From Candidatus Sumerlaeota bacterium (lineage in GTDB: Bacteria > Sumerlaeota > Sumerlaeia > SLMS01), in contig JADLAR010000003.1 in assembly GCA_020848155.1 (NCBI GenBank), forward strand, positions 3,089 through 67,088: 64,000 bases of DNA, in the 5' to 3' direction. Positions 38,803-49,121 of the stretch are shown piece by piece. How positions within the stretch are numbered: position 1 is the stretch's first letter; each line of letters begins with the position of its first letter. A program made the position numbers and the translations under genes. The notes beneath the pieces were generated by a model. The model ran no database searches and was not told where the DNA came from. It saw only the letters and a program-made list of their open reading frames with translations.

Positions 38803-39557
38803 CCGGGGGGCTGCAATCACTTCTTGATGACTGGCACCTCTCCCGCGGCAAGGGAACGACGATTGCCCTGGTGGACTCGGGGGTGGATGCAAGCCATCCC
38901 GGCCTGTCTGCGGCGAGTGTTGAGGGGGTGGTCCTTCACACGGTTGCAGGCAACATCATCGCGGAGCGGGACGCTGTTGGGGATCTGGCGGGGCATGGAA
39001 CCGCTTGTGCAGGCCGCATCCTCACGCTTGCGCCCGAATCCCGGATCCTTTCGTGCCGGGTGCTTTCAAGTTCCCTCGCCTCCACTTCCCGCCTTCTGCT
39101 GGGTGCGTTGGAGTGGTTGTTGACGCGGGACGACGTGGATGTGGTCAACCTGTCATTGGGCACGCCGAATCGTGCCTTTGGGTTGGAGATTGCGCATGCC
39201 GTGGATCAATTCTACGCGCGCGGTATTTGCGTTGTTGCCTCTGCGGGGCCTGCCGAACGGCCTGACTATCCGGCGATGTTCTCCGGCCCGGTCTCCGTCG
39301 AGGCTGCCGCCTGCTCCGACGATGAGGAGCTTGTTTATCGACGCGGGAGCATCATCGAGTTTGGTGCGAGGGGAATTGATGTTCCGGTGCTATGGTCGGG
39401 CGGCAGGCGGGCGAGCGTCAGCGGGAGCAGCTTTGCCGCGCCGCTGGTCGCGGGGCGCCTTGCGCGCTTCAAGGCGTTGAGGCGCAACCTAAGCGTCTGG
39501 GAGCAGAAAACCTTGCTGCAATATCAGGCGTTGACGGGGCGTCCGGAAATCCGTTGA
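38799..39557 (+). CDS. Small subtilisin-like S8 peptidase
   Basis: IALVDSGVDASHPGL, HGTACAGRI, GSSFAAPLVAGRLARF. Confidence 0.68.
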   Translation: MTGGLQSLLDDWHLSRGKGTTIALVDSGVDASHPGLSAASVEGVVLHTVAGNIIAERDAVGDLAGHGTACAGRILTLAPESRILSCRVLSSSLASTSRLLLGALEWLLTRDDVDVVNLSLGTPNRAFGLEIAHAVDQFYARGICVVASAGPAERPDYPAMFSGPVSVEAAACSDDEELVYRRGSIIEFGARGIDVPVLWSGGRRASVSGSSFAAPLVAGRLARFKALRRNLSVWEQKTLLQYQALTGRPEIR

Positions 39558-39618
39558 TTGGCTTATTCACGCGGTTTTTGTAACTTCCTTTCGACGGGAT
39601 AACTCCAATATCCTGTCG

Positions 39619-40320
39619 ATGGCTTGCATGCCGGATGACAGTGGTCATGGAAAGGTAGAAAGGCGGATGATGGTCCGTCATCACATTCCCACTGCTGCTT
39701 TCACCCTGATCGAGTTGCTGGTCGCTGTCCTGATCATTGCGATCCTGAGCGCCATCGCGGTCCCAAATTTTCTGGAGGCACAAACGCGTTCAAAGGTTTC
39801 GCGTACCCGCGCCGATCACAGGACGCTCGCCGTGGGCTTGGAAGCCTATGCGGCGGATCACAATCGCTATCCCTTGAACAACCAGGATTACAATGTTCCG
39901 CCGGTGGAATTATCGACGCCAATTGCGTACATGACAAGTTCCTACCTGGTTGATCCCTTCAGCGACAAGGAGCGGCATGCGTTCTATGGGGAGCTTGCGC
40001 GGTTGTACACCTACACAATGATTTGCGAACCCGGTGATATTGCGCGATTCACGGCTGTTGGGCACACGCCTCCGCCGGAAGCCGTGGACGGCGGGGGATA
40101 CAATCCGGGTGCACGAAGGCGCTACGGGGATTGGCGACTTGTTGGGAACGGGCCTGATCGAAAATATTCCTTCACTCCGGGACTGGTCGATGCCTTCAAT
40201 CCCAATCCTCCCGCCCTTCGCCAGGCCGACATACCCTACGATCCCACCAATGGAAGTGCAAGTTATGGAAACATACTGCGCTGCCAGAAGTACGTTGATC
40301 CCGTTGGATACAAATTCTGA
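39619..40320 (+). CDS. Prepilin-type N-terminal cleavage/methylation domain protein (DUF1559-like)
   Basis: AFTLIELLVAVLIIAILSAIAVPNF after a short leader. Confidence 0.6.
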   Translation: MACMPDDSGHGKVERRMMVRHHIPTAAFTLIELLVAVLIIAILSAIAVPNFLEAQTRSKVSRTRADHRTLAVGLEAYAADHNRYPLNNQDYNVPPVELSTPIAYMTSSYLVDPFSDKERHAFYGELARLYTYTMICEPGDIARFTAVGHTPPPEAVDGGGYNPGARRRYGDWRLVGNGPDRKYSFTPGLVDAFNPNPPALRQADIPYDPTNGSASYGNILRCQKYVDPVGYKF

Positions 40321-40347
40321 GCGAGAAGCTGCCAAGGCTGAGGTGAA

Positions 40348-43300
40348 ATGACGACAGAGGGATTCAAAGAGTGTCCGGGGTGTGCGGAATGGGTTCGTGA
40401 GAACGCGAATATCTGCCGCTTTTGTGGCGCCATCCTTACGGACAAACCGCTTCCCGAGTTCGCGATGAAGGGTTTCGTCGCCGCGGAGAATGAGCTGGAT
40501 GCGAGCGTTGAGGAGCGATTCGGGGAGCTTGGGTTGCAGCTTTCCCGTGGACAGAAGCGCCGAGTCGTCGAGTTTCTGAAATCCTCCGAGGATCAATATC
40601 GCTCAGGAACCGTGATGTTTGCGGACATCACGGGCTACACCACGCTCAACCAGGAGTTGAAACCGGAATATGTGCACGAAATTGTGCGTGCCTATTACGG
40701 GATCTTTTCCACGACCGTGGAACTGTACAACGGATTCGTGGTTGAGTTCGCCGGGGATGGAGCGCTTGCGGTCTTCGGCGCGCCGATGGCATTCGAGCGC
40801 GATGCGGAAAGCGCCGTCCTTGCGGCAATGGACATCCGGCAACGGGTCAGGTTGCTGCCGGAATACCAAGGGCGGAAAATCCGGATCTCCGTCGGGATTG
40901 CGACGGGGGAGATCCTGTCAGCAATCGTGCGCGAAAAGTTTCCGCCTCACTACAAGATCGTCGGGCAGGCGGTGAACCTTGCCGCCCGCGTTCAATCCTC
41001 AGCGGAGAGTGACACCATCGTCATCGACGATGAAACGATGGCGCTGGTGGGCGATCGCTTCCAACTGGAAAAGCGGGAGCGCCGCAGTTTCAAGAACGTC
41101 CAACACGCCGTTGATACTTATCAAGTCCTGGAGGCGCATCTGGAGAAGGCGGTGCGCCATCACGGTTCCGCCGTGTTCATCGGGCGGCGTGGCGAGCTGA
41201 ATGCGCTTCTGGAAAAATGGAAGGCATGGGAAGAGGGCGGAGGGGGATTTGCCGTTTGTGTTCATGGTGAGGCGGGGATCGGAAAGACAAGGTTTGTGCG
41301 CGAGTTTGCGGATCGCCTGGGCGGAGGGCTGAGGGTCGCGAGGGGCGAGAGCTCCCTCTTCCAGCAGAAGGTGCCTTACGGGGTGATGCGCTCCGCCCTG
41401 TTGGAGCTCGTGGCTGACGATGCAACTGGGGGGGCGGGGGCTTCCATTGCGGAGCGCGCGGAAACGTGGCTTCGCGCAAGGGGCTTCGATGGTTCCGAGG
41501 CTGACCCCCTCAAGCTGATCTTTGGGTTGAAGGATGCAATCACCGGGCCCCTGTCATCGCTCCCGGCCCCAACGGTTTTCAAACTTGTTTGCGCCGATCT
41601 GAAACGGCTCCTGGAGGTTGTCGGGAAAGAGTCCGGAGGGAAACTGCTCCTCATCCTGGATGATCTCCAGTGGTCTGATCGCACAAGCTTGGAAGTGTTG
41701 TCGTGGTTCCTGGAGCATGGCGCTCCGCAGGGGGTTTTCATGGTGCTCTGTCGGCGGTCGGACTTCGTGCCGCCGACACAAGGGCTGTTGGGGATCCCGT
41801 CGATAGCGCTTCCCCCCCTGGAGAAGGAGGAACGCGCGGCCGTATTCAATCTTCTGGCGGATGGCAGGTCCATTGCGCCGGAGCTTCGCGACCGGATTCT
41901 CCAGCAGGCAGAGGGGAATCCGCTCTTCCTGATCGAGTTTTTCGCGGCGCTCGGGCGCGGCATGGCGCAATCCAGGACTGATGGATTGACGCAGGGGGGC
42001 GATTGGATTCCGCCATCGTTGCGGCAATTGATTCAGGCGCGCATCGATGCGCTTGAGGACCAGAGAAAGAGCGTCCTTCAAGCGGCTTCCGTGGTTGGGC
42101 GGCGATTCGCGGCGGGGCTGTTGGAGGTCTTCTCCCACATCAAGGAAGACCTGCTGGCCCGGCTCTATGCCCTCAAGTCCGCGGAGTTCCTGAATGACGA
42201 TTCCATCGGCGCGGAATTGTTTTTTTACTTCACCCAGAACCTTGCGCGCGAGGTTGCGTACACTTCCCTGCTCGAAAGGAGGCGCCGCGAATTTCACCAT
42301 ACGATTGCAGAATATCTTGAGGAGAAGTTACAGGACGGGGACGAGGATCTGCTCCCAATCCTTGCCTACCATTATCGCCACGCGCAACACGATGCCAAGG
42401 CAGCGCAGTATTTGGAAATGGCTGGCGATCGCGCCAAGACAATCGGCGCTATTTCTGATGCCCGCGACGACTATGAGGCTGCGGCCGCCATCCTCGCGGG
42501 AATGAAACCCACCGTTGACGTGAAGACAAGTCGATATCGCGTCCTTCGATCACTGGGAATCCTTCATCGCTATGCGGGCGAAATGGAGCAGGCAAAACAG
42601 CGAAACCAGGATGCGCTTGAAATTTCCGCGTCACTCAGGAACAAGGCGCTTGAATTGGAGATTCGCCATCAGGATGCGTTGATTGACATCAATTCGAATC
42701 GTGCCCGCGAGGCGGAGGCCACGGTGAAGAAGCTGTTGCGCGAGGCGCGAAGGCTGAAGCTTGAGGAATTGGAGACCAAGCTCCTGAACGTGCTGGGAAT
42801 CGCATGCTGGAGTCGCGGGGATTTCAAGAAGGCAAAGGCTTCGTACCTGCGATGCCTGGCACGCATCAAGTCCGGGGGAAGCATTCACACGCGTTCCGAC
42901 ATTATCAACAATCTTGGCCTCATCGCATGGAAGCAGAACGACCTTGAGACGGCTTCAAGGTTGCAGGCGAAGTGCATCGCCCTGCGGCGCAAGTCTGGAA
43001 ATCGATTGGGCATGGCGAGTGCTCTGATGAACGCCGGCATCGTGCGCGAGCAGCAGGGCAGGGATGCCCAGGCACGCAGGCTCTACTTGGAGGCGATCAA
43101 CCTCGCGCGTGGCCTTCGCCTGATGCAGATCGAGGGGGCAGCCCTTGCCAATCTGGCAAACATGGCGCTTTCCAAGGATGATTTTCAGGAGGCAGCCGTC
43201 CTGTCGGGGCAGTCCCTCCAACTCGCGATGAAGTGTTCCGACGCGCGAAGCGAGGCTATTTCGCGTGAGAACCTGGCGCAGGCATGTATTGGGCTAAGGG

Positions 43301-43665
43301 AATTCGCAGCGGCCAGGGAGGAGGTGGAACTTGCGACGAAGCTTTCCGGTTCACTCGGTGATCATGAGCGTGAGCTGACGTTGCGAATACTGGATTCGGA
43401 GTTGAGGCTTCGGACCGGCGACCACTCGCTTGAGGAGCAGGTTTTCGCCAACATGCAGCGTGACCTGAAGTCGCACAGGCTTGGCGCCGAGATTCCAAGG
43501 GTGATGAGGTTGTGCGGCGAAATGCTGGTCATGGCGGGCCACAGGGAAGAGGCCCGGAGAAAACTGACGTCGGCGCTAAGGGAGGCCCGCAAGCAATCAA
43601 GCCGCCCGGAAGAGCGAAGAATTTCCGCACTGCTTGCGCGCTTGGATGACGGAAATCTTCGTTAG
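40348..43665 (+). CDS. Zn-ribbon + class III adenylate/guanylate cyclase + AAA/NB-ARC ATPase + TPR signal-transduction protein (1105 aa)
   Basis: CPGCAEWV..CRFCG. TVMFADITGYTTL..FAGDGALAVFGAP. Walker A GEAGIGKTRF. C-terminal TPR-like repeats. Confidence 0.7.
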   Translation: MTTEGFKECPGCAEWVRENANICRFCGAILTDKPLPEFAMKGFVAAENELDASVEERFGELGLQLSRGQKRRVVEFLKSSEDQYRSGTVMFADITGYTTLNQELKPEYVHEIVRAYYGIFSTTVELYNGFVVEFAGDGALAVFGAPMAFERDAESAVLAAMDIRQRVRLLPEYQGRKIRISVGIATGEILSAIVREKFPPHYKIVGQAVNLAARVQSSAESDTIVIDDETMALVGDRFQLEKRERRSFKNVQHAVDTYQVLEAHLEKAVRHHGSAVFIGRRGELNALLEKWKAWEEGGGGFAVCVHGEAGIGKTRFVREFADRLGGGLRVARGESSLFQQKVPYGVMRSALLELVADDATGGAGASIAERAETWLRARGFDGSEADPLKLIFGLKDAITGPLSSLPAPTVFKLVCADLKRLLEVVGKESGGKLLLILDDLQWSDRTSLEVLSWFLEHGAPQGVFMVLCRRSDFVPPTQGLLGIPSIALPPLEKEERAAVFNLLADGRSIAPELRDRILQQAEGNPLFLIEFFAALGRGMAQSRTDGLTQGGDWIPPSLRQLIQARIDALEDQRKSVLQAASVVGRRFAAGLLEVFSHIKEDLLARLYALKSAEFLNDDSIGAELFFYFTQNLAREVAYTSLLERRRREFHHTIAEYLEEKLQDGDEDLLPILAYHYRHAQHDAKAAQYLEMAGDRAKTIGAISDARDDYEAAAAILAGMKPTVDVKTSRYRVLRSLGILHRYAGEMEQAKQRNQDALEISASLRNKALELEIRHQDALIDINSNRAREAEATVKKLLREARRLKLEELETKLLNVLGIACWSRGDFKKAKASYLRCLARIKSGGSIHTRSDIINNLGLIAWKQNDLETASRLQAKCIALRRKSGNRLGMASALMNAGIVREQQGRDAQARRLYLEAINLARGLRLMQIEGAALANLANMALSKDDFQEAAVLSGQSLQLAMKCSDARSEAISRENLAQACIGLREFAAAREEVELATKLSGSLGDHERELTLRILDSELRLRTGDHSLEEQVFANMQRDLKSHRLGAEIPRVMRLCGEMLVMAGHREEARRKLTSALREARKQSSRPEERRISALLARLDDGNLR

Positions 43666-43850
43666 CATGAGCTTCTACTCACCAGCAGGAAAATGTTGGA
43701 AATCTGATCACAATCCGGGAACATCCTCCCGCATTTTGTTGTCTCCACCCCTTCCGCTCTTTTGCGGAGGGAAACCGGATTGGCAAAATCCCCTTTCCAC
43801 GTGTCCCATATTTTCCACCATGGGGATTCCCCATTGTGAGGATCAGGTGA

Positions 43851-45392
43851 ATGAAGAAACGATTTGTAGTATCTATTCTGGCAGGCCTTTCAGCGGTCGC
43901 AGGCGCGGTACCAACGGTCATCAACTCCACGGACCGAACATTGGAAATTCACGGCCCCGCAACGGGCGAGTACTACGGCCGCCCGCAGCTCTTCATCGAT
44001 CTCGACAACGACGGGTTTCAGGACCTGGTGACGGGTGCTGATCGCAGTAATTTCTCCGGAGGTGAGCGCCGCACGCTTCGCATCTTCAAGGGGAGCGTGA
44101 ACATGGCCAACCAAGGCCTGGTGGATTTGGCGAACGCGTCCCCCGATTCGGTGGTTATTGCAGAAACCGATGGGCTGGCTCTGGCAACCGCGCTTGCGAA
44201 GGGCGATGTGAACGACGATGGCATCGAAGACCTCATCATGGCCGATCCGCGCACGGCACCGAATGGGCGCACGGCAGCAGGCACAGTCTACATTCTCTTT
44301 GGCGCAGCGAATTTCTTTGCAACGCCCTCGCGCGATTTCGCCAGTGGCGATTGGGATGTGAAGATATCCGGCGCCGCGGCGGGCGACAACACCGGCGGTT
44401 CCACGATTTTTGGCGGTGGAATCAGCCAGGCGCTTGCCAGTGGTGATTTCGACAATGATGGCATCGACGACATCGCCATTGGCGCGCACCTTTCCAACGG
44501 CGCGGGTCCCGAAACCTCCGGTGCCGTCCGCATCGTGAAGGGGCGCACACCCTTCGCGCATGGCACGACGATCGATCTCCTGTCGCAGGCGAACTATAGC
44601 ATCTTCGGCGACGACACGGACGATCAGTTGGGCACCACCATCGCCGCGGGCGACATCAACGGGGATGGCATTGATGACCTGGCGATTTCCGTGCCGTACG
44701 CCAGCGTTGGCACCTTCACCAATGAAGGCTATGTGTATGTGATGTTTGGAAGGACACCCTTCCCGGTAACGACGAACCTGGGCTCGACGGCGCCAAGCGT
44801 GCAGATTCGTGGTGCGGAGGCCGGCGAGGAGGTCGGTGAGTCGCTCGCGATCGCAGACGTCAACAACGACACCATTGGCGACATCATTTTTGGTGCGCCC
44901 GGTTGGGACGGCGCGGCTTCCAACAATGCGTTCGGGTCTGTCTATGTGTTTCTGGGCCGCACGACCTGGACGGCGAGCATGACAACGGCCAGTGCGAGTT
45001 CCGTCGTGCGCGGATACGCCAGTTCCATTCCGATCGGGAAGACAGTGGCGGCCGGGGATGTGAACGAGGACGGGTTTGCCGACTTCCTTTTCGCTTCGCG
45101 CGACACGGGCCGCGCTGGCGCTCCGACCGAGGGCCGCACGTTTGGAATCTTCGGCGCCGCAACACTCGCCGCGACCTATTCCCTGCAAGCAGAGCAAGTG
45201 GACCTCATCATCAATGGGAACTTGTCCGGCCTGCAATTGGGCGACTTCATTAGCACGGGTGATCCCGATGGCGACGGTGCGGACGAGATTCTGCTCGCGG
45301 CTCCATTCGTTGAATCCTCCACCGGTCGCGTGTATCTTTTCGACCTGACATCCTCGGCGCTTGGAACCACTGGGTGGGTGCTTTACGAGTAG
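43851..45392 (+). CDS. Secreted FG-GAP repeat protein
   Basis: Signal peptide. Seven DxDxDG-type repeats (DLDNDGFQDLV, GDVNDDGIEDLI, GDFDNDGIDDIAIGA, GDINGDGIDDLAIS and others). Confidence 0.7.
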   Translation: MKKRFVVSILAGLSAVAGAVPTVINSTDRTLEIHGPATGEYYGRPQLFIDLDNDGFQDLVTGADRSNFSGGERRTLRIFKGSVNMANQGLVDLANASPDSVVIAETDGLALATALAKGDVNDDGIEDLIMADPRTAPNGRTAAGTVYILFGAANFFATPSRDFASGDWDVKISGAAAGDNTGGSTIFGGGISQALASGDFDNDGIDDIAIGAHLSNGAGPETSGAVRIVKGRTPFAHGTTIDLLSQANYSIFGDDTDDQLGTTIAAGDINGDGIDDLAISVPYASVGTFTNEGYVYVMFGRTPFPVTTNLGSTAPSVQIRGAEAGEEVGESLAIADVNNDTIGDIIFGAPGWDGAASNNAFGSVYVFLGRTTWTASMTTASASSVVRGYASSIPIGKTVAAGDVNEDGFADFLFASRDTGRAGAPTEGRTFGIFGAATLAATYSLQAEQVDLIINGNLSGLQLGDFISTGDPDGDGADEILLAAPFVESSTGRVYLFDLTSSALGTTGWVLYE

Positions 45393-45449
45393 TGCATCAT
45401 CCTGAATGATTGCGGCGAGGGCGCTGGTATCCATCCGGCGCCCTTACTT

Positions 45450-46976
45450 TTACTGTGCAGGCAACCGAACGACAAACGTGGTGTGCTCGGGTGCCCCGTC
45501 CACCAACGCCACCTCACCGTCGTGGGCCTTGGCAATTTCGCGCGCCAGGGAAAGACCCAGTCCGGCGCCCCCAAACGAGCGGGTGCGTGCCTTGTCGAAG
45601 CGATAGAATCGGTCGAAAATCCTGTCGCGATTCTCCTTGCTGATACCCGGTCCCTCGTTTGTCACCGTGATGGCAACATGTTCTTCCTTCATCGCGCCCA
45701 TGATCTTGCTTACGCTGGAATGAAGCCGTGCGGGGCCTTTCACCCGCGCAATTCTCATCGTCACGGGGGTTCCTGGCGAGCCGTGATTGATCGCATTGAT
45801 CAGGAGATTATGCAAGACCTGCGAAAGAAGCACGCGATCGCCGCTGATGGTCTGTCGCCTGCCAATGATCTGGCAGGAAATTTCGCGTTTCGCATCCAGC
45901 ATTCGAACATCCTCGCAAACCTCCTCTGCAAGCTCTGTCAGGTCCAACTGTTCCGCCTGTACAGGAAGATTTTGCTCATCGCTTTGCGATAGCAGCAAAA
46001 GCTTCTCAAGAATCGACTTAAGGTGGGTCATCTCCTCCAACTGGGCCGTCAGGAAATCACGTTGTTCATCGGAAAGATTCATGTCCTGAAGGCTTTGCTC
46101 CAAACGCCCCTGCAAGACCGCAAGGGGCGTCCGAAGCTCATGCGCTGCATCCGCGGTGAAGCGGCGCGTCACATGGAAGCTATTCTCCAGCCGATCCATC
46201 ATCGCATTGAATTCGGTGATGAGTTCCTGAAATTCCGAGGCTTCATTCTGTCGTTGAACGCGGTGCTCCAATCCGCGTTCGCGCACGCGGGCCACTGTCT
46301 TTGTAAGCGCTGTTATCGGTTTCAGCGTCTGCCGAGCGGTGATCAGCCCTCCGGTGATGCTCAAGACCAACGCCAGGGAAAAGGCGACCAACAGCGCCTC
46401 CCGCAATCGATTCATCTCCCCTGCGGCCGCATTCGCGTCGAAGGATCCAAGGAGAAAAAAATCGTCCGTTGCCACAAGGGCAACTCGCCAGTCCTCGTCT
46501 CCGTCGGAAAATGGGAAGAAGATTGGAGTCGATGCGTCCAGAAACTCCCGTTCAACACGCGGACGTGGCAGGTCTGCGGGCTTGCCGAATGAGGGATTCC
46601 TGACTTTGTCGATGCGCAAGGAAGCCTCGTGCAATTGCTTCTGGGCGATCATGTCTGGATGAAGCGCCGCGGGCCAATCCTTCGATTGGAAATAGATTTC
46701 GTGCTTCGCGCGGTCGAGTACCAGAAGGCCCATGTGTGCACGCCACGGGCTGAAATAGTTCGGGTCTGGCCGCGAGTCAAAATCTTCAATGCGAGGGTTC
46801 ATGGGGTCGCGTAGGATCCGATACAACGCATTCTCCAGGGCATGATCAAGCTGCTGGAGAGTTTGGTCCCTGACGATGTGATAGACCGCCGCCAGTGCAC
46901 CAAGCACTGCGATCATCGTGGCGAGAACGGAGAACATGATCAGGCGTCCGCGCAGTGATCGCAGTGGATTTGTCAC
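45450..46976 (-). CDS. Sensor histidine kinase (TM-HAMP-HisKA-HATPase)
   Basis: H-box FTADAAHELRTPLAVL. N/G boxes at the C-terminus. 4-nt overlap with the response regulator. Confidence 0.8.
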   Translation of the reverse strand: MTNPLRSLRGRLIMFSVLATMIAVLGALAAVYHIVRDQTLQQLDHALENALYRILRDPMNPRIEDFDSRPDPNYFSPWRAHMGLLVLDRAKHEIYFQSKDWPAALHPDMIAQKQLHEASLRIDKVRNPSFGKPADLPRPRVEREFLDASTPIFFPFSDGDEDWRVALVATDDFFLLGSFDANAAAGEMNRLREALLVAFSLALVLSITGGLITARQTLKPITALTKTVARVRERGLEHRVQRQNEASEFQELITEFNAMMDRLENSFHVTRRFTADAAHELRTPLAVLQGRLEQSLQDMNLSDEQRDFLTAQLEEMTHLKSILEKLLLLSQSDEQNLPVQAEQLDLTELAEEVCEDVRMLDAKREISCQIIGRRQTISGDRVLLSQVLHNLLINAINHGSPGTPVTMRIARVKGPARLHSSVSKIMGAMKEEHVAITVTNEGPGISKENRDRIFDRFYRFDKARTRSFGGAGLGLSLAREIAKAHDGEVALVDGAPEHTTFVVRLPAQ

Positions 46977-47674
46977 GTTCCCGCCTGTGACTCCGAGTCG
47001 CTGGCGACTATGCGATAGCCGACGCCACGGACGGTCTTGATGATGGCCTCACGATCTTCGCCTTCATTTGCAAGGTGCGTTCGCAACCGCTGGACATGCA
47101 CATCGATCACGTTGGTCTTTGGATCGAAATAATATCCCCACACATGCTCCAGGATCTGTGTGCGTGTATAAATGCGTCCAGCGGTGCGAGTCAGATACTC
47201 AAGCAGGTTGTACTCGCGCGATGTCAGTTCAATCAGGCGATCGCCGCGATGAACTTCGCGCTTCATCAGGTTCATGCGGAGATTCCCGACCACCCGCAGG
47301 GACAGGCGTTCGCCCGTGTGGCGACGATGGATCGCGCGAAGCCGCGCGATCAACTCCTCCATGTAAAACGGCTTCGTGATATAGTCATCCGCACCCAGAT
47401 CAAGACCCGTCAACCTGTCATCAAGGGCGGCGCGTGCCGTCGCCAGGATCACGGGAGTCAGGATTTGTGCTGCACGAAGCTCGCGCAGCACATGCAGGCC
47501 GTCCTTTCCCGGGAGCATGATGTCCAGAATGATCACGTCGTAGGCCTGCGTTGTTGCAAGGTGCAGGGCATCCTCCCCATCCGATGACAGGTCCACCGTG
47601 AAACCCTGCTCCTCAAGTCCCTTGCGGACGAACTCGGCTATGCGGGTCTCATCTTCGGCCAGAAGGATTCTCAT
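46973..47674 (-). CDS. OmpR-family response regulator
   Basis: MRILLAEDE..DVIILDIMLPGKDG receiver and winged-helix output. Start chosen at the internal ATG at 47674 for a typical 233-aa length. Track ORF runs to 47779. Confidence 0.78.
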   Translation of the reverse strand: MRILLAEDETRIAEFVRKGLEEQGFTVDLSSDGEDALHLATTQAYDVIILDIMLPGKDGLHVLRELRAAQILTPVILATARAALDDRLTGLDLGADDYITKPFYMEELIARLRAIHRRHTGERLSLRVVGNLRMNLMKREVHRGDRLIELTSREYNLLEYLTRTAGRIYTRTQILEHVWGYYFDPKTNVIDVHVQRLRTHLANEGEDREAIIKTVRGVGYRIVASDSESQAGT

Positions 47675-47791
47675 GATGGGTGATGATTGAATTGTTGGAT
47701 TGGGCAGGGAAGAGGAAAGTGTCTTTGTCATGCGAATCTCTCGCGTGGAAAAGGATGGCGAAAGTGTGCATGACTCCACGCCGAAAGCATA

Positions 47792-47807
47792 ATTAACAAT
47801 TGTTAAT
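47792..47807. promoter_or_regulatory. 16-bp perfect palindrome ATTAACAATTGTTAAT in divergent intergenic region
   Basis: Read directly from the sequence. Lies between the two-component operon (-) and the YHYH/MbnP-like/peroxidase cluster (+). Confidence 0.35.
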
Positions 47808-47875
47808 GGTCAAGCACATGCTGGGTTTAAAGTCATGCCGTATAGGAACCTCCAAAAGTCAGGGGGTATCCACTC

Positions 47876-49117
47876 ATGAAAGACACATTCAGCAAGGCCG
47901 CCCTTGCATTCACCTTGGCAGGCGCGGGCATGGCGATGGCGCAGGGCCCTGAGGTGACGGGCTGGTACACCGTCAACGCAAGTGAGTTTGCGGAGGTCGT
48001 TGAGGTCACAGGTGGTACGCCCATCACGACATGGCCAACCTTGGGGCGGCCCAACAACGGCGGAGGAGTTTCCTCGCCAACCCTGTCCGACATCCAGCAG
48101 ATTCGTTACTCCAGCAACTGGGTCTACGTGAACGCCAGTGGCCTCGCCAGCTACACAATGGGACCATGGTATCTCGATCTGGCAGATACCCAGATCTTCG
48201 GCAACTGGCCGGCAGACAAGAACGTCCTTGCGCGCATACCGCGTAGTCCAACGCCTGCCACCGGGACGCACACCGCCGTCGGCCTTGGTACTGTGGGGCT
48301 GATGGTGAATGGTGTCGCCCTCTTCAATAACCTGGATTCCTTCAGCTACAAAAATTCGTCCGCGCAGGACCTGCCCGGCATGGGTGGCGATGGCTATTGG
48401 CATCGCCTCGCGATTGAGGAGGCGCCCAGCTTTGATCCAGCCAACGCGCACCAGCCCACCGACGGCACCTACCACTATCACACCAATCCCTACGGTCTTC
48501 GATATCAACTCGGAGACAACATCAACTTTGATGGAAATGCATACACAGAGGACACAGTCGGCCCCACGCATTCGCCGATTCTTGGTTTCGCGTTCGACGG
48601 CTATCCCGTGTATGGACCCTATGGTTATGGCACAGCCAACGATTCGGGCAGCGGTGTTCGCCGCATGGTGAGCGGCTACACGGTGCGCAATGGATCAAAC
48701 GGGACGACGAACCTGACTTCCACGGGGCGTCACACCATTCCGCAATGGTCTTCAACGACGTATGGCCATTCCGTGACGCTCACACCCGGCCAGTATGGGC
48801 CGAACGTCAATGGCGCATTTCCCCTGGGGCGGTATGCGGAGGACTATGCCTACCTGGGCGATCTCGGCTTCACGCAGGGAACGATCTTCGACCTCGACCA
48901 GTACAACGGTCGTACCTGCGTCACGCCTGAATATCCCGGCGGCACCTACGCCTATTTCGTTGCAATGAATGCTGACGGATCGCCGGCGTACCCATACATG
49001 CTTGGCGGGCAATACTATGGTGTAAAATCGGGCGGCTCCGTCGGCAGCGTCGGCGAATCCACGACCACGTTCTTCCCTGTGCCAAGCGCGGTGGAGGACT
49101 GGTTCATAGTCGACTGA
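47876..49117 (+). CDS. Secreted YHYH-motif protein
   Basis: Signal peptide. GTYHYHTNPYG motif. Confidence 0.45.
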   Translation: MKDTFSKAALAFTLAGAGMAMAQGPEVTGWYTVNASEFAEVVEVTGGTPITTWPTLGRPNNGGGVSSPTLSDIQQIRYSSNWVYVNASGLASYTMGPWYLDLADTQIFGNWPADKNVLARIPRSPTPATGTHTAVGLGTVGLMVNGVALFNNLDSFSYKNSSAQDLPGMGGDGYWHRLAIEEAPSFDPANAHQPTDGTYHYHTNPYGLRYQLGDNINFDGNAYTEDTVGPTHSPILGFAFDGYPVYGPYGYGTANDSGSGVRRMVSGYTVRNGSNGTTNLTSTGRHTIPQWSSTTYGHSVTLTPGQYGPNVNGAFPLGRYAEDYAYLGDLGFTQGTIFDLDQYNGRTCVTPEYPGGTYAYFVAMNADGSPAYPYMLGGQYYGVKSGGSVGSVGESTTTFFPVPSAVEDWFIVD

Positions 49118-49121
49118 TCAG

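Noticed and set aside
43890-45434. 514-aa minus-strand ORF
   Set aside because: Antisense to the FG-GAP repeat protein gene, which has 7 canonical repeats. The minus frame is Arg/Ala-rich.
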